Source: Atractiella rhizophila (lineage: Eukaryota). Taken from it: 39,687 nucleotides of DNA. A program made the position numbers and the translations under genes. Each line of letters opens with the position of its first letter. Position 1 is the stretch's first letter. Positions 11,880 to 22,678 of this stretch are shown here, in pieces. The DNA is taken from the NCBI GenBank assembly GCA_021432655.1, contig MU271609.1, positions 1 through 39,687 of the forward strand, given 5' to 3'. Under the pieces are notes generated by a model. That model did no database searches. It worked only from the letters and a program-made list of their open reading frames with translations, and was not told the origin of the DNA.

Positions 11880-12465
11880 TCTGTGTGTGCTGCTGACTAA
11901 TCGATGGCTGTGGCTGGGCGTGGTGTGGATGCTGTTTGGCTGAGCTGAGGAGATGGACAAGTAGTCGTTTCGTCGTTTGTGCCTCAGGGGGCGCAGAAAC
12001 GAAACCTAAGGGGTCCACTTCGGCAATGTATGCCGTTGTCGGCAGTTTCTGTGTTGGATGAAACAAGAAGCAAAATTTAAAAAGTTGACTCGAGAGGTGA
12101 CTATATATTTCTTTCAATCGTCAATCCAAAATATTCTCCCCTTCCCAAAGCCTCAGTCCGACTCTCCACTCCCTTTGAAATTGAATTACTTTCATCATTT
12201 TACATGCCATATCTTTCCGGTGAGCGTATCTATCATCATTTTTCTCGATGTCGAGGTGTATTTTTGAGGAGCAGAGAGCTGCGAGACTGCCAACTCGAGG
12301 GAGTTTATAAAAATTGCTCCCCGTGCTTTCAAAAGAAGGGCCACTAGCGACTCATTCATGTTACGACGATATGAAATTCAGAAGCACTCGATATCGGGAC
12401 TAGTCGTGTACATCAATTCAGATAAGAAAACTAGATTCCATAGTCAGGAGACAGACAAATTGAAG

Positions 12466-12568
12466 AGAAATGAGAAAAAGGAAAAGAAAATGATACACAT
12501 AGCAGCCTAGAGAAAAAAGAAAAGGGAAAACAGAAATGAGAAAAAGAAAAGATACACGTAGCAGTCTA
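12466..12568. repeat. Imperfect A-rich direct repeat, 2 copies (agaaatgagaaaaag...gatacac.tagcag.cta)
   Basis: Copies at ~12466-12509 and ~12532-12568. The second overlaps the stop codon of the 12566..13504 ORF. Confidence 0.7.
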
Positions 12569-13504
12569 CTGAGCATTCAAACGCGTCGAAACTCTTTGAC
12601 GGGAGCTGATAACCTCTAAAACCCTGACAAACTCAGGTAAAATCTCACCCAGTGTACAATGTTTCGCATGGCTCCTCAACTGTGCAGGGCTCTTGGGGAA
12701 AGGAGGCAAAGCGAGGACATCATCGTTCTCTTCCGCCTCCAAACCCTTCGTCTCCCCTTCCCGAAACCACATGAACCCCCTCCCACATCGACAGCTTGAG
12801 GCATGGGCAAAGACGATACCGTAGACCCAAGCGCTACGTAGATTTCCTCTCGACCATGGATACACTTTGTCCCCTCGAAAGAGGACGGTGGGATAGATGT
12901 GCGCGGGGAGGAAGATGTGGTTTGGATTCGAAGATTGGTATTGGTTCTCGGTGATTTGTGTGATTCGAGTGGCTTCGCGTTGGAGGTAGAGGTTCATACC
13001 CTGTTGTACGCGGATGTAGCCTGGTTCTCGTGGGAAGGCTCGGATTTTTTGGGAAATTACTTCGGGGGGGAAAGAGGGGGAGTTTTCTTCTTGAGAATCC
13101 AAATCGACCAAATTTATGGTTTGGTCATCGGGGACGAGAGATTGGATAGATGTATCAGGGGGATTCGAGGTTGAGGTGCTTGTTGAGGTGGAGGAGGCGG
13201 AAACGGTTAGCCACTCGTGAGCGACGAAGTTTGTGTCTGTGTCTTCAGCGACGAGAAGTTGGTCATGTGCAGATGGCGGCATCGGGGTTGAGAAGGTGTT
13301 AGAGGGTGCAGAAAAGGTGGGACAGTCTGGCTCCTCCAGAAAAGGGTGATCGACGAAATTCAAGCTGTTGCCCCCAGAGGCAAGAAATTGGTCAGGTGCA
13401 GAAGCGAGAGTTGAAGTTGAGTCAAAGTTAGACAACGCGGAAGAGTAGGGTAACTGTTGAGGAAGAATGAAAGCAGTGATTTCTTCTGTTTTAGAGTTAG
13501 TCAT
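12566..13504 (-). CDS. Uncharacterised 312-aa protein (Ser/Thr/Pro-rich N-terminal half, globular C-terminal half with HxxxCxC)
   Basis: Long uninterrupted ATG-initiated ORF. It shares KIRxFPRE with the neighbouring ORF. Confidence 0.65.
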   Translation of the reverse strand: MTNSKTEEITAFILPQQLPYSSALSNFDSTSTLASAPDQFLASGGNSLNFVDHPFLEEPDCPTFSAPSNTFSTPMPPSAHDQLLVAEDTDTNFVAHEWLTVSASSTSTSTSTSNPPDTSIQSLVPDDQTINLVDLDSQEENSPSFPPEVISQKIRAFPREPGYIRVQQGMNLYLQREATRITQITENQYQSSNPNHIFLPAHIYPTVLFRGDKVYPWSRGNLRSAWVYGIVFAHASSCRCGRGFMWFREGETKGLEAEENDDVLALPPFPKSPAQLRSHAKHCTLGEILPEFVRVLEVISSRQRVSTRLNAQ

Positions 13505-14054
13505 TCCTCTGTGGATCAGTAGTCAGATAGTATTTACCAAATGAGCCAATGGACAGAATTTGGGTCAAAATCTGGCTCATTATTGTGTTGTATCGCTCCG
13601 CATCTAAATGTACTCAGACCACTTAAAACAAGAAGAGAAAGCTCACCCTGAATGCGAAGCTGGGAGAGTTCAATGACAATGGGATCCCAAGGGGGATTTG
13701 AATGTTCCATATTTGAGAGGTGTGCAAGGCTTGAGGTGTCGTATGCGCTATGGTGGAGTAAAAATTCTTGTTCTGATCAGGTTCTGGAGCGTTTTGCGGT
13801 CTCTGCTCAGTACGATGATACCTGTTGGACAGAAATTTTTCCTCCAACGTGAAAAGCGCGATAGTGTGGCGGTCTCTATCCCCCATGTTTGCGACATCGG
13901 CATCTGCGACGGTGTTGCCATGTTGTCTGTGATATCGCGGAGGGATCAAAGCGGCATGCTCTGATGGATCTGATTCATTGGATGCATGTGATGGGCCTTT
14001 GTCTATGAGAAACCGTCCACTGTCGTCTTTTTTGACGAGAGCTGGTCTCATGAT

Positions 14055-14480
14055 TCAGTACTTGGTCTTGATAGGATGGACGTGGGATGACTTACGGTCC
14101 CTTTCATTTCCTCCGCTCAGCCAGTCCCAAAATGTTGATGGCAGCTCTGCAGAACCACCTTTCAAAACTTTGGGATGTTGTGTCACCATTTGGCGTCCCA
14201 CAGATCCGACAGAGAATCCAGAGCAATGAGACCGCCAGGGCTTGGCATGGCGGAGCCAGAGGCGTGGGCGTGGCATTTCTCGCATCTTAAAAAAAGGTAC
14301 TTCGCGGGGGAAAGATCTGATTTTGACTCCAAAATCAACAGAAGCCTGCAAGGTGGAATCTCTTATTTCACTGTCGTCGTACCACGCAAATTCCGTCCAT
14401 GACTCTTGAGGGAGCTGAACCCAATCCATCGAAGGCGGCCAGTGGGGAGGATCGGAGGGAGAGGAGTTGCTGTCTAGCAT
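14055..14480 (-). CDS. Uncharacterised protein, probable paralog of 12566..13504; may continue into the 13623..14051 ORF by splicing
   Basis: ORF 14055..14657, first ATG at about 14480 (MLDSNSSPSDPP). Contains FGVKIRSFPREVPF. Confidence 0.45.
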   Translation of the reverse strand: MLDSNSSPSDPPHWPPSMDWVQLPQESWTEFAWYDDSEIRDSTLQASVDFGVKIRSFPREVPFFKMREMPRPRLWLRHAKPWRSHCSGFSVGSVGRQMVTQHPKVLKGGSAELPSTFWDWLSGGNERDRKSSHVHPIKTKY

Positions 14481-15074
14481 TTTGAAATAACGTCGTCGAG
14501 AAAAAAGTGTAAGTGACGATCCACCTTTATAAGTGTTCGGGAGACGAACGCATTGCGTTTGCGAGGTTATTTCAAAATTTGGAACTAGGTCAAGCAGGTG
14601 CAACAAACCAGTTCGGACCGCGATCAGGGAACTAGTGATAATATACTTTGTGGGCAATACCAGGGAATACGGAACTATAAAGTTTGACGCGTTGAGGCGT
14701 TGGCCGCAGCTCCAGGCTCCTCCAGAGCCCCAGCATGTCCAGCATCTTCTGCTGAAGAGCGTCTGTCATGAGCAGAATTTGCAATGGGTAGGCTAAATCT
14801 TACCTCACCTTCCTTTGAGACAATTGCATCAAGCCTGAGTTGCTTCACTCCGACTCGTCAAATCCCCCACATTGCTTCACATTTGACACAATGTATCAGA
14901 CATGGATCTTTATCCAACAGCTGCAACTTGAATGCGAGATGAGTAGATGGTTTGCAGTCATCCTAGATCCCGACAACAGAATATTGATATACTAACAAAC
15001 AACTCAGAATTCCTCACACCTGACGACTCCTGACATTCTAGCTCACTGCTCTTGGAGGTAAAACGTAAGAGGAA

Positions 15075-16326
15075 TTAAGAAAAGGTTATGGAGTGACACT
15101 TTGCCCCTCCATTATCTGCACATCCCAAAACCGTTCCATCGGACTTCGCCAACAAGCCTGGCCAGGAGCTCTGAACTCCAGAAACCGTCACTTTGTTCCC
15201 CCAAGCTCCCGTTGCGACGGGTCCGCCAGTGACGATCTTCATATTGGCACCCTGAACCCAGTTGTGCAGAGAGGTGTCTTCATCCGTCATGAAAGAGACA
15301 ACAAGAGAGTTATCGGGTTTCTGGACGATTTGTGGCGCTCCAGCTGCACACCAGTATCAATTTCGAACAAAAGCTTGGTAAAAACATAATCGTACCATTG
15401 TTGTTTGTCCCAGTTGGACGGTATACTTGGCTGCGAACTCCCCAGGTCTTTCCATCATCGGCAGATACAACGCTCTTGATAGTGAAGGTGCCGGTTCCCT
15501 CAGTGGTTTCGAAGACGCACATGAGCTTTTCAGCGCCATCGTTGAACTCTGCCGTCACAAACAGGTCATGTTGACGTTCAGAGTATTGGCGAAGGCGAAA
15601 AAAGACAAACTCGCGACTCCCGGCATTCCATCCCTCCCTGTGGTAGAACTTCCAGCAACTGTGACGGGCCCAGACCAGGAAGATCCTCCGTTCGTGCTCG
15701 TCTTAACGAGGATGTCCTGATCGTTGGCGTTATTCTCTGAGGCGTAGTAGACCTGGATGGAACCGTCGTTGGCAACTCTTCCAAAAGGTTCCTGAAAATG
15801 CTTTATCAGTAAAGATATCATTTAAATGTAAACGACAGACCCAAAGCCCATTCACTCCTGACGCAGCGCGTTCAGCGACATGCGACACAAAACTCCAAGT
15901 CTTGCCTCCATCCGTGGATCTGCAAGCGGTGATTCGATAGTAGCTGTACGCTCCGTTTACTTTATCGTTGTTCCTGAAAGTGGCGAGGATGCTGCCATCT
16001 CTCAACTGGACGAGGTGGGGATTATCGAGGTCGTTGGTTTGAGAAGCGATAGTTCCCCAAGCCACGAATGAGCTCCCTCCATTTGTCGACTTTGTGACGG
16101 TCAGGATGTGAGTGTCCCCTTGAAAATAGGTGAACACGGCCAGAATGGAGCCGTCGGTCAAGGTGGTAAGACGTGGATAGGTGCCACCTCCTGCTGGGTT
16201 GAGGTTGATGGCTGCAGCGTTAACGTGAGGCACGAGAGCGGCGCGTTTGACGAGGTGGCTAGGCGTCACCGTGGAGACGGCAACAGAACAAAGAGAAGCG
16301 AAAGTGAGCAGGCTTTTGAACAACAT
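15075..16326 (-). CDS. Secreted BNR/Asp-box glycoside hydrolase, GH93 (exo-1,5-alpha-L-arabinanase-like)
   Basis: Signal peptide MLFKSLLTFASLCSVAVS. Motifs GGTYPRL, DLDNPHL, GLW-EPF, GRDGMPGV. Asp-box repeats STNGGSSF, STDGGKTW, STNGGSSW, SADDGKTW. Three short introns. Confidence 0.85.
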
Positions 16327-17039
16327 TGTTACACAGACTGAGAGCGCGATAAAGTGACTATCGCCATTCAACATTCAACCTCCCTTTTATGTTGTCATCG
16401 CGTCTCTATCACAGATAATGGCACATGTATCGCTGTTGGCATCCTTAACGACTGCCCCGTCCTGCTGCTCATGGTTGCCGCGTGCTTCACTCTAGCGCGT
16501 AGGCATTCGCCCTTCAACTGGTGTCTACCTCCACCCAACGGTTGTACGCCTGCAGCCTTTAGAGGTCATGTCAAACACCAAGACCTCTCATGACCAAACC
16601 AAACAAGCGAACTGGCCATGTTGCCAAGTGGAGGTGACGGCTATACGTTAACGGGGCAACGAGTACACCGTGCCTCGTTGCTACTCTACTGCATCGGGAA
16701 CGCTCTACTGTCATGTAGACATGTGTGCCGGTGCCATCCTTTGGTTTCTTTTAAAAAGGAACACGCTTCTGACAGCGTTGAGATGGGAGAGCTCGACTTG
16801 TAAATGGCCCACCAGATATCTCCCAAGGTGGATAACGTTGTTCCCTCAGCATTTGACTCGTCGACCAGCCACCCGCTCCCAGTCCTCGCTACCCCACTCG
16901 AGTTGGGCAAGTCCGAAAAAGTCTCATCAATTTGCTCATCGATATCAGAGGCTTTACCAGACTGTATGATTCTCATGCTGCTGAGAAATTGAGCGCAAAT
17001 CAGATTAAGAAATCAACCTGCACCGTGGAAACTCTTTCG

Positions 17040-17094
17040 GCAGGTGACCTGATGGCTACACGCAGGAACTCTATTTTGCCGTCAGGTCTCCTGC
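17040..17094. repeat. 17-bp inverted repeat (2 mismatches), 21-nt spacer
   Basis: gcaggtgacctgatggc (17040-17056) versus gccgtcaggtctcctgc (17078-17094). Confidence 0.85.
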
Positions 17095-18175
17095 TTACCA
17101 CCAACATGCAGGTTTGGACTTAGCATTTTTCCTTTGGCGAAGGGTCGTGAGGTTGTAGGGTTAGGGTAGTTTTTGGGCACCCAAACGACATCGACGATCC
17201 AATCCAACGAATATGCCACAATCTTACTCACACATCCCTCTCCAAGTCATACACCCACCTCATAATGCCTCTCAGGTACTCCGATGTGTCCGCTGTGAAA
17301 TCCGCTTCGTAATGGACCAATACTGGCGAAAGTGAATGAAGAAAGATATGGGGTTTTGTGCCAAGCAGGAGAAGATGCTCAACGACAGAGTGAGGTGGGA
17401 AACCGCTGAAGGTGCGTCGTATGCTCGTTAGTGGTAGGGAGGAACAGGAAAATTGGGTGGCACACAGCATCGAAAACAGTGGTGTGGCGACAATGCTTCG
17501 ACTTGCATCATTTCTGGTGAGGAGAATTCCGATGAGACCAACAAGTTAGTATAGGGTTCCTTCTATGAATGTTCAAAAGACAGCTTTGTTTTGCCTTCTA
17601 ATATATTGGGGGACAGCAAGACAACAAGCCTACCTTGAACGCTCAAATGCAAGGTCCTCCACATCAACAGTGTGATAGCTTGAAGAAGCATGCCCGTGTT
17701 ATTGCTACTTAATGATGTGGAAGAGAGGCTCGATTACGCTCTTGGAAGGGAAAGATCGTGGCAAGTTCCGAAGGTTAATGTAAGTATCTTCTTTGTTTGT
17801 TCTCTTCTTGGTTCCAAATTGCACCGGAGACTGATGAGATGGAACTTTGTTAGGCATCTTTTTACATGCTCAGAAGGTATGCTTTTCCTTTGCTTGAGTG
17901 ATTTCTGGCCATGCTAATTGCTTATGAGTCAGGGAAATAAATTAGTATGTTCGCAAGTATGATTCGTGAGTAATCTCTATCCCATCGGATGAAGCTGATT
18001 CATGAGTCAACCAAGGAATAATTTTGGGTCTGATAAGGATGAGTTACCACATTTATATGACACTAAATAGTACAATGCATTCGTAATCCCAACATAATCC
18101 TCACAGGTGTCCCAGTCATTTAAGAGGTGTAAAGAAACCGGGGAAGGGAGGAGCTGGAACCAGTGCAGGATTTTA

Positions 18176-18352
18176 CCATCAGGTACGCGCAGGTCCCCTG
18201 CCACCAGCCATCAGGTTCTTGCAATATAGCTGATGGCTGGCAGCAGGCCACCTGACGATTGGACAAATCGCCGCAATCAGGTCGCCTGATGGAATTTCAG
18301 CAGGTAGCATGCTCGTAACCGGAAGGTCGCCTGCTGATTTCAGCGGCAGGCC
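18176..18352. repeat. Nested inverted-repeat cluster built from a CCATCAGG/CAGGTxxCCTG motif
   Basis: Perfect ccagccatcag (18204-18214)/ctgatggctgg (18230-18240); ccatcagg (18176-18183)/cctgatgg (18285-18292); tcagcagg (~18297)/cctgctga (~18330). Confidence 0.85.
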
Positions 18353-19001
18353 ATTTCTACGGTGCCTGAGATAGAGGCGTTCGTCGGTCATGACGCTGTA
18401 GTACGGACGCTCAGCTCGGACAACTGGATGGCATACCGGCCACCAACCTCCCCGCACCTCCGGGTAGCTTAAAGCAACACAACGTCAAACGGAGAGGTGC
18501 AACCACCACTTCGAACTTCACCACATTTGGACTGCTTCGAGGACGTAAGTAGGCGTAACATTGGGCCAGCCTTTCGCTATTACCTTTTTCTGGATGTCAT
18601 TTTTGGCATTCGTTGAGGTTTCGTCATCACGGTGGGCACTTGTTCACCAAGTTTCCTGCTCTTGCTAGTGGTCATAGCACCGTTGAACAGCATGGTCTGA
18701 ATGCTTGTCTTAATTAAGCAGAGACTTCAGCGCCTTGTTCTTGGGCACATTATTGCAAGTTTCGACAGAGAAGAAGCCGGGTCGCCGAAAGTAGTAGTTC
18801 GTTAAAGAGACTGGCTACGTGGTTAATTCTATTCTTCGGGTATCGTATGCTAGCTCGTATTATTCCTAGCAGAAGTCCCTTCCCACGTTTAGGTCATCAT
18901 TTTCTGGCCAGTTTAAGGACAACTTGAATGGAGTGGATTGACGAAAGACATCGCCTTGGAACATGTAGACTAATATCTACTTTCTGTAGGATCTGGAGAA
19001 T

Positions 19002-21252
19002 ATGACTACCCTGGACAGTTTGACGTATACGAGTTTGGAGGAAATTCCAAGAGTACACCATTCTTCTTCTACCGAGCCTAACTGCTTACGTTATTTAGAT
19101 ATGCGAGCAACTGAACAAGGAGTTCAAAGAAGGGACGACGCTGCCTATCCCTCACAGGAAGAAGCAGCTTCGTTCTGTTGCTTATATGTTCCAAGATAAT
19201 CAGGAACTATTTTGCGAAGCGCTCGCTAAAGATGTCCGTCGACTTTCCTTTCTCCAGCTTGACGAAGTATCTGAATGTTTCTACCGTGGATTGCAGCAAG
19301 AGAGACCGGCATTTGAAACTGTTGTTCACGAGATTCATTTCGTCATCAAGGAAATTCATACGGCCTTGACCAATCTTGACAGGTGGACGGCAGGAAAGAA
19401 AGTCAAAACTGAATTTCCGTGGAACTTTGCGAACCCAAAGGTTCACCGAGAACCCAAAGGACGCGTTTTGATCATCGGGGCGTGGAACTGTGAGCTTTTT
19501 TCTCTTTCAATATTGCCTGTGACTAAAGAATACGATAGATCCCATTTGTTAGTCTATTGAACGGCCTTGACCAATCTTGACAAGTGGACGGCAGGAAAGA
19601 AAGTCAAAACTGAATTTCCGTGGAACTTTGCGAACCCCAAAGTTCACCGAGAACCCAAAGGACGTGTTTTGATCATCGGGGCGTGGAACTGTGAGCTTTT
19701 TTCTCTTTCAATGTTGCCTGTGACTAAAGAATACGACAGATCCCATTTGTTAGTCTATTGCTCTCTAAACGTATATCTCCGTTGATGATAAACATAAGCT
19801 CTTTTGGTTGGACCACTCATTGGCGCCATCGCTGCTGGATGCACCGTGGCATTAAAGCCTTCCGAGAACTCGCCTCACACCGCAGCTCTGCTTGGAAAGC
19901 TTCTCTTTCGTTATCTCTACGACCCTCAAACCGTCAAGGTCATAAATGGCGCCGTGGACGAAACAACCGCTTTGCTCAATGTAGAAGGTGGGTGGGATCA
20001 TATCACCTACACTGGGAGCACGAATGTAGGGAGGATTATCGCCTCCAGCGCTGCGAAGAACTTGACGCCGACCACGCTTGAACTTGGGGGTTAGTTTCTC
20101 TCAGACATAAATTCGACTTAGAAGAGTCTTAACATGTGAGCAGGAAAGAGTCCGACCATCATTTGTGAAGATGCCGATCTCAAGCTTGCGGCTCATAGAA
20201 TCTTTCTCACGCGTATCATCAACAGCGGTCAGATGTGCATCGCTCCTGATTACCTGATCTGTCCCGCTTCCATCCAGCCTGCCCTCATCAAAGAGTTCAA
20301 GGAGTTCCTCATTAAAGCTTATCCTGAACCTTGGTTGGGAGACGAGGCGGCTGGAAAAGCGAGTAGAATGGTGAACGAGCGTCAATACGAGCGTGTCAAA
20401 GGCATTATCGCTGCTACGAAAGGCGAGATTTTGATAGGAGGCGGATCCTCCGATGACAAACTCAAAATTGAGCCAACTGTCGTCAGAGCTAACTCAGACG
20501 ACAGCGTCATGGCTGTATGCACATTTTTCTCGTTTGGAATCAGAAGCTAAAGAGGGACGAAGGACGAAATTTTCGGTCCCGTCTTGGGTCTCATTACGAA
20601 AGATACATTGGACGAAGCGATCAATTTCATCAATTCCAGGTGTGTTTACTTTCGATAGTGACAATCAATCGAGGCTCAATTGGGATAGACCGCATCCTCT
20701 CGCTATCTACGTTTACACGAAAGATGCGAAGAAAGTGGATTATGTTCGCACGCACACCCGTTCTGGCGCTATTGTGGGCAATGCGTCAGCGGTCCACTTC
20801 TCCGTTCCTGGGCTTCCTTTTGGTTCGTGCTGTCTCGCCCTCCAATTCCGTGCACCATTCACCAGCGGTCAAATCTAGGTGGAATTGGCGAAAGTGGAAT
20901 GGGCAATTGGCACGGTGAATACAGTTTCAATGCGTTCAGTTACGAAAGGTCTACCTTGAATGTCCCCTCGTGGTTCCAATTCATCGTCGGTGTGTATCCT
21001 TTTTTTCTCTAACAAATGAGGAAGCTAACACGACTGAACTCGGGAATAGGCAAAATCACGCCTCCTTATAATGAGAAGAACCTCAAGTTCCTCTCTTCCA
21101 CCATACCAAAGATCACCAGAAAGACAGGAGAACCATCTCTGCTTTCGAAAATAGCGGGCAAGTTCTGGTTGATCACACTGGTGGCTGCTATTGCTGTGGC
21201 GAGTAAGAGGAGGGAGCAGATCATGACTCTTGCGAGATCAATCACGAACTGA
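19002..21252 (+). CDS. Aldehyde dehydrogenase, ALDH3/fatty-aldehyde (Hfd1-like) type with C-terminal membrane anchor; multi-exon, internal 200-bp duplication
   Basis: [47 protein letters not shown], catalytic LELGG-KSP and [30 protein letters not shown], hydrophobic tail [13 protein letters not shown]. Confidence 0.93.
19360..19760 (+). repeat. Tandem 200-bp duplication inside ALDH (19360-19559 and 19561-19760)
   Basis: acggccttgaccaatcttgac...tagtctattg occurs twice, separated by one A. Six substitutions counted by eye. Confidence 0.95.
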
Positions 21253-21590
21253 TATGCATTTGAAAATGAAAATGGGCAAAGGTTCAGTGATATGTGTCAG
21301 CGAAATGGTGTCAGTGATTTAGGAGGTCCCCTGTATCATCAAGCATACCAAATGTCATTGTTTTACCTCATGGTTATAGCATCGAAGTATTACTATAAAC
21401 TGCGTAAGGAACATAATAACAGAACGTCAAATCCATCGTGTCCACTAAACATTTACACTGCTTGATCTATCAGATTTCACTTCCAATTTCAACTTCTACC
21501 CAATAAAAATTTCTCGATCGCCCACATTCCATCGACAATATCTCTCACTCGCAGTCTTGAACGACTTTGATCGCCCCGGCAAACACTTGC

Positions 21591-22281
21591 ATGTCAGCTC
21601 CTGTTCCCACCACCGCTTCTCCCTCGACAGAGGACCTCGATGAATTGCTGCTCTCATGTCGGTACGGGGATTTGGAGGACATCAAATCATTCGTGTCGAA
21701 ATTCGGAGTGGAATATCTCTCGAGTGCAAAAGATGAACGTGAGAACACATGTCTGCATTACGCATCGGCAAATGGGCACGAGGGTGAGCTTTCCGTTGAG
21801 CGATTTGGGAACCATGTGCCAATGTGGCTCGTTTGGAGTAGACGTTGTAGAGTACCTCCTCCAACACCTCCCTCCATCTTCCCTTTCCCTTCCAAACAAC
21901 TCTTCTTCTACACCACTCCACTGGGCCGCGCTTAACGGTCAGCTTCCCATTCTCCGCCTTCTGTGTCCACGATTAACGCAAGAAGAGCTAAACCTGAAGA
22001 ATTCGCGAGGTCGTACAGCAATGGGAGAAGCAGCTGGTCGGGCAGAGAGTGCAGTTGCGCAGGAAGCGCAATCGGGAGAGGATGAAGAAATGAGTGAGGA
22101 AAGGAAGAAGTGGGAAGAAATCGTTGGATATATTTTGGGTTTCTTGAAACTCGATAAAGATGGAGAGGGGGAAAAGGATAATAAGAATGGAGAAGAATTG
22201 TCGGAGAACATGGAGAATTTGACTTTTACAGCCAATGCTGATAACAAAGGTGGGTCGGTTCTGTCTGAAAAGAAAGAGTAG
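21591..22281 (+). CDS. YAR1: Ankyrin-repeat protein, Yar1-like (Rps3 chaperone); one intron (~21784-21841)
   Basis: DELLLSCRYGDLEDI, ENTCLHYASANGH, STPLHWAALNGQL, acidic tail. Confidence 0.8.
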
Positions 22282-22678
22282 TTGTAGTAGATGTATCAAA
22301 TTCGAAAGACCATTTGTATTGTTGCAAACAGTAATCGAGGCTAGATCTGCAAGCAATGGAGGAATTGATCTCTCTTGTCTTTCTTAAGTAGTTGCTCCTT
22401 TGTGGCAGATTCCACTTTACAACGGATGTTAGACAGTTCAGCGTATATTGTGCTGTGGCTATCACCTGGATATTATTTATGCTATTGTGGACCAAGTGTG
22501 TAAATTGCACTTCTCTCATGGTAGTCATCTGGCTTGTTCAACATGGAATCCTACGACAAATAACTAGTGTACAACACTTTGTCATTTTGATAAAAATCTC
22601 ATGGGTACCTTGACATCAATGATTCTGGAACACAAAACAAGAACAGAAGGTAAATTGATCGCTGGAAATATGACTAGA

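Noticed and set aside
8143..11943. Many plus-strand ORFs over the Sds3-like gene
   Set aside because: Antisense shadows of GC-rich, low-complexity coding sequence.
17150..17170. Telomere-like gtagggttagggtag
   Set aside because: Only one exact TTAGGG unit; expected by chance.
16600..17950. Short ORFs (16686..16976, 17228..17470, 17690..17917) as a gene or transposase remnant
   Set aside because: No recognisable domain or consistent exon chain could be built, so it is left uncalled.
18176..18352. CRISPR-like repeat array
   Set aside because: Repeats are degenerate, alternate in orientation and have irregular spacing; eukaryotic context with no cas genes.
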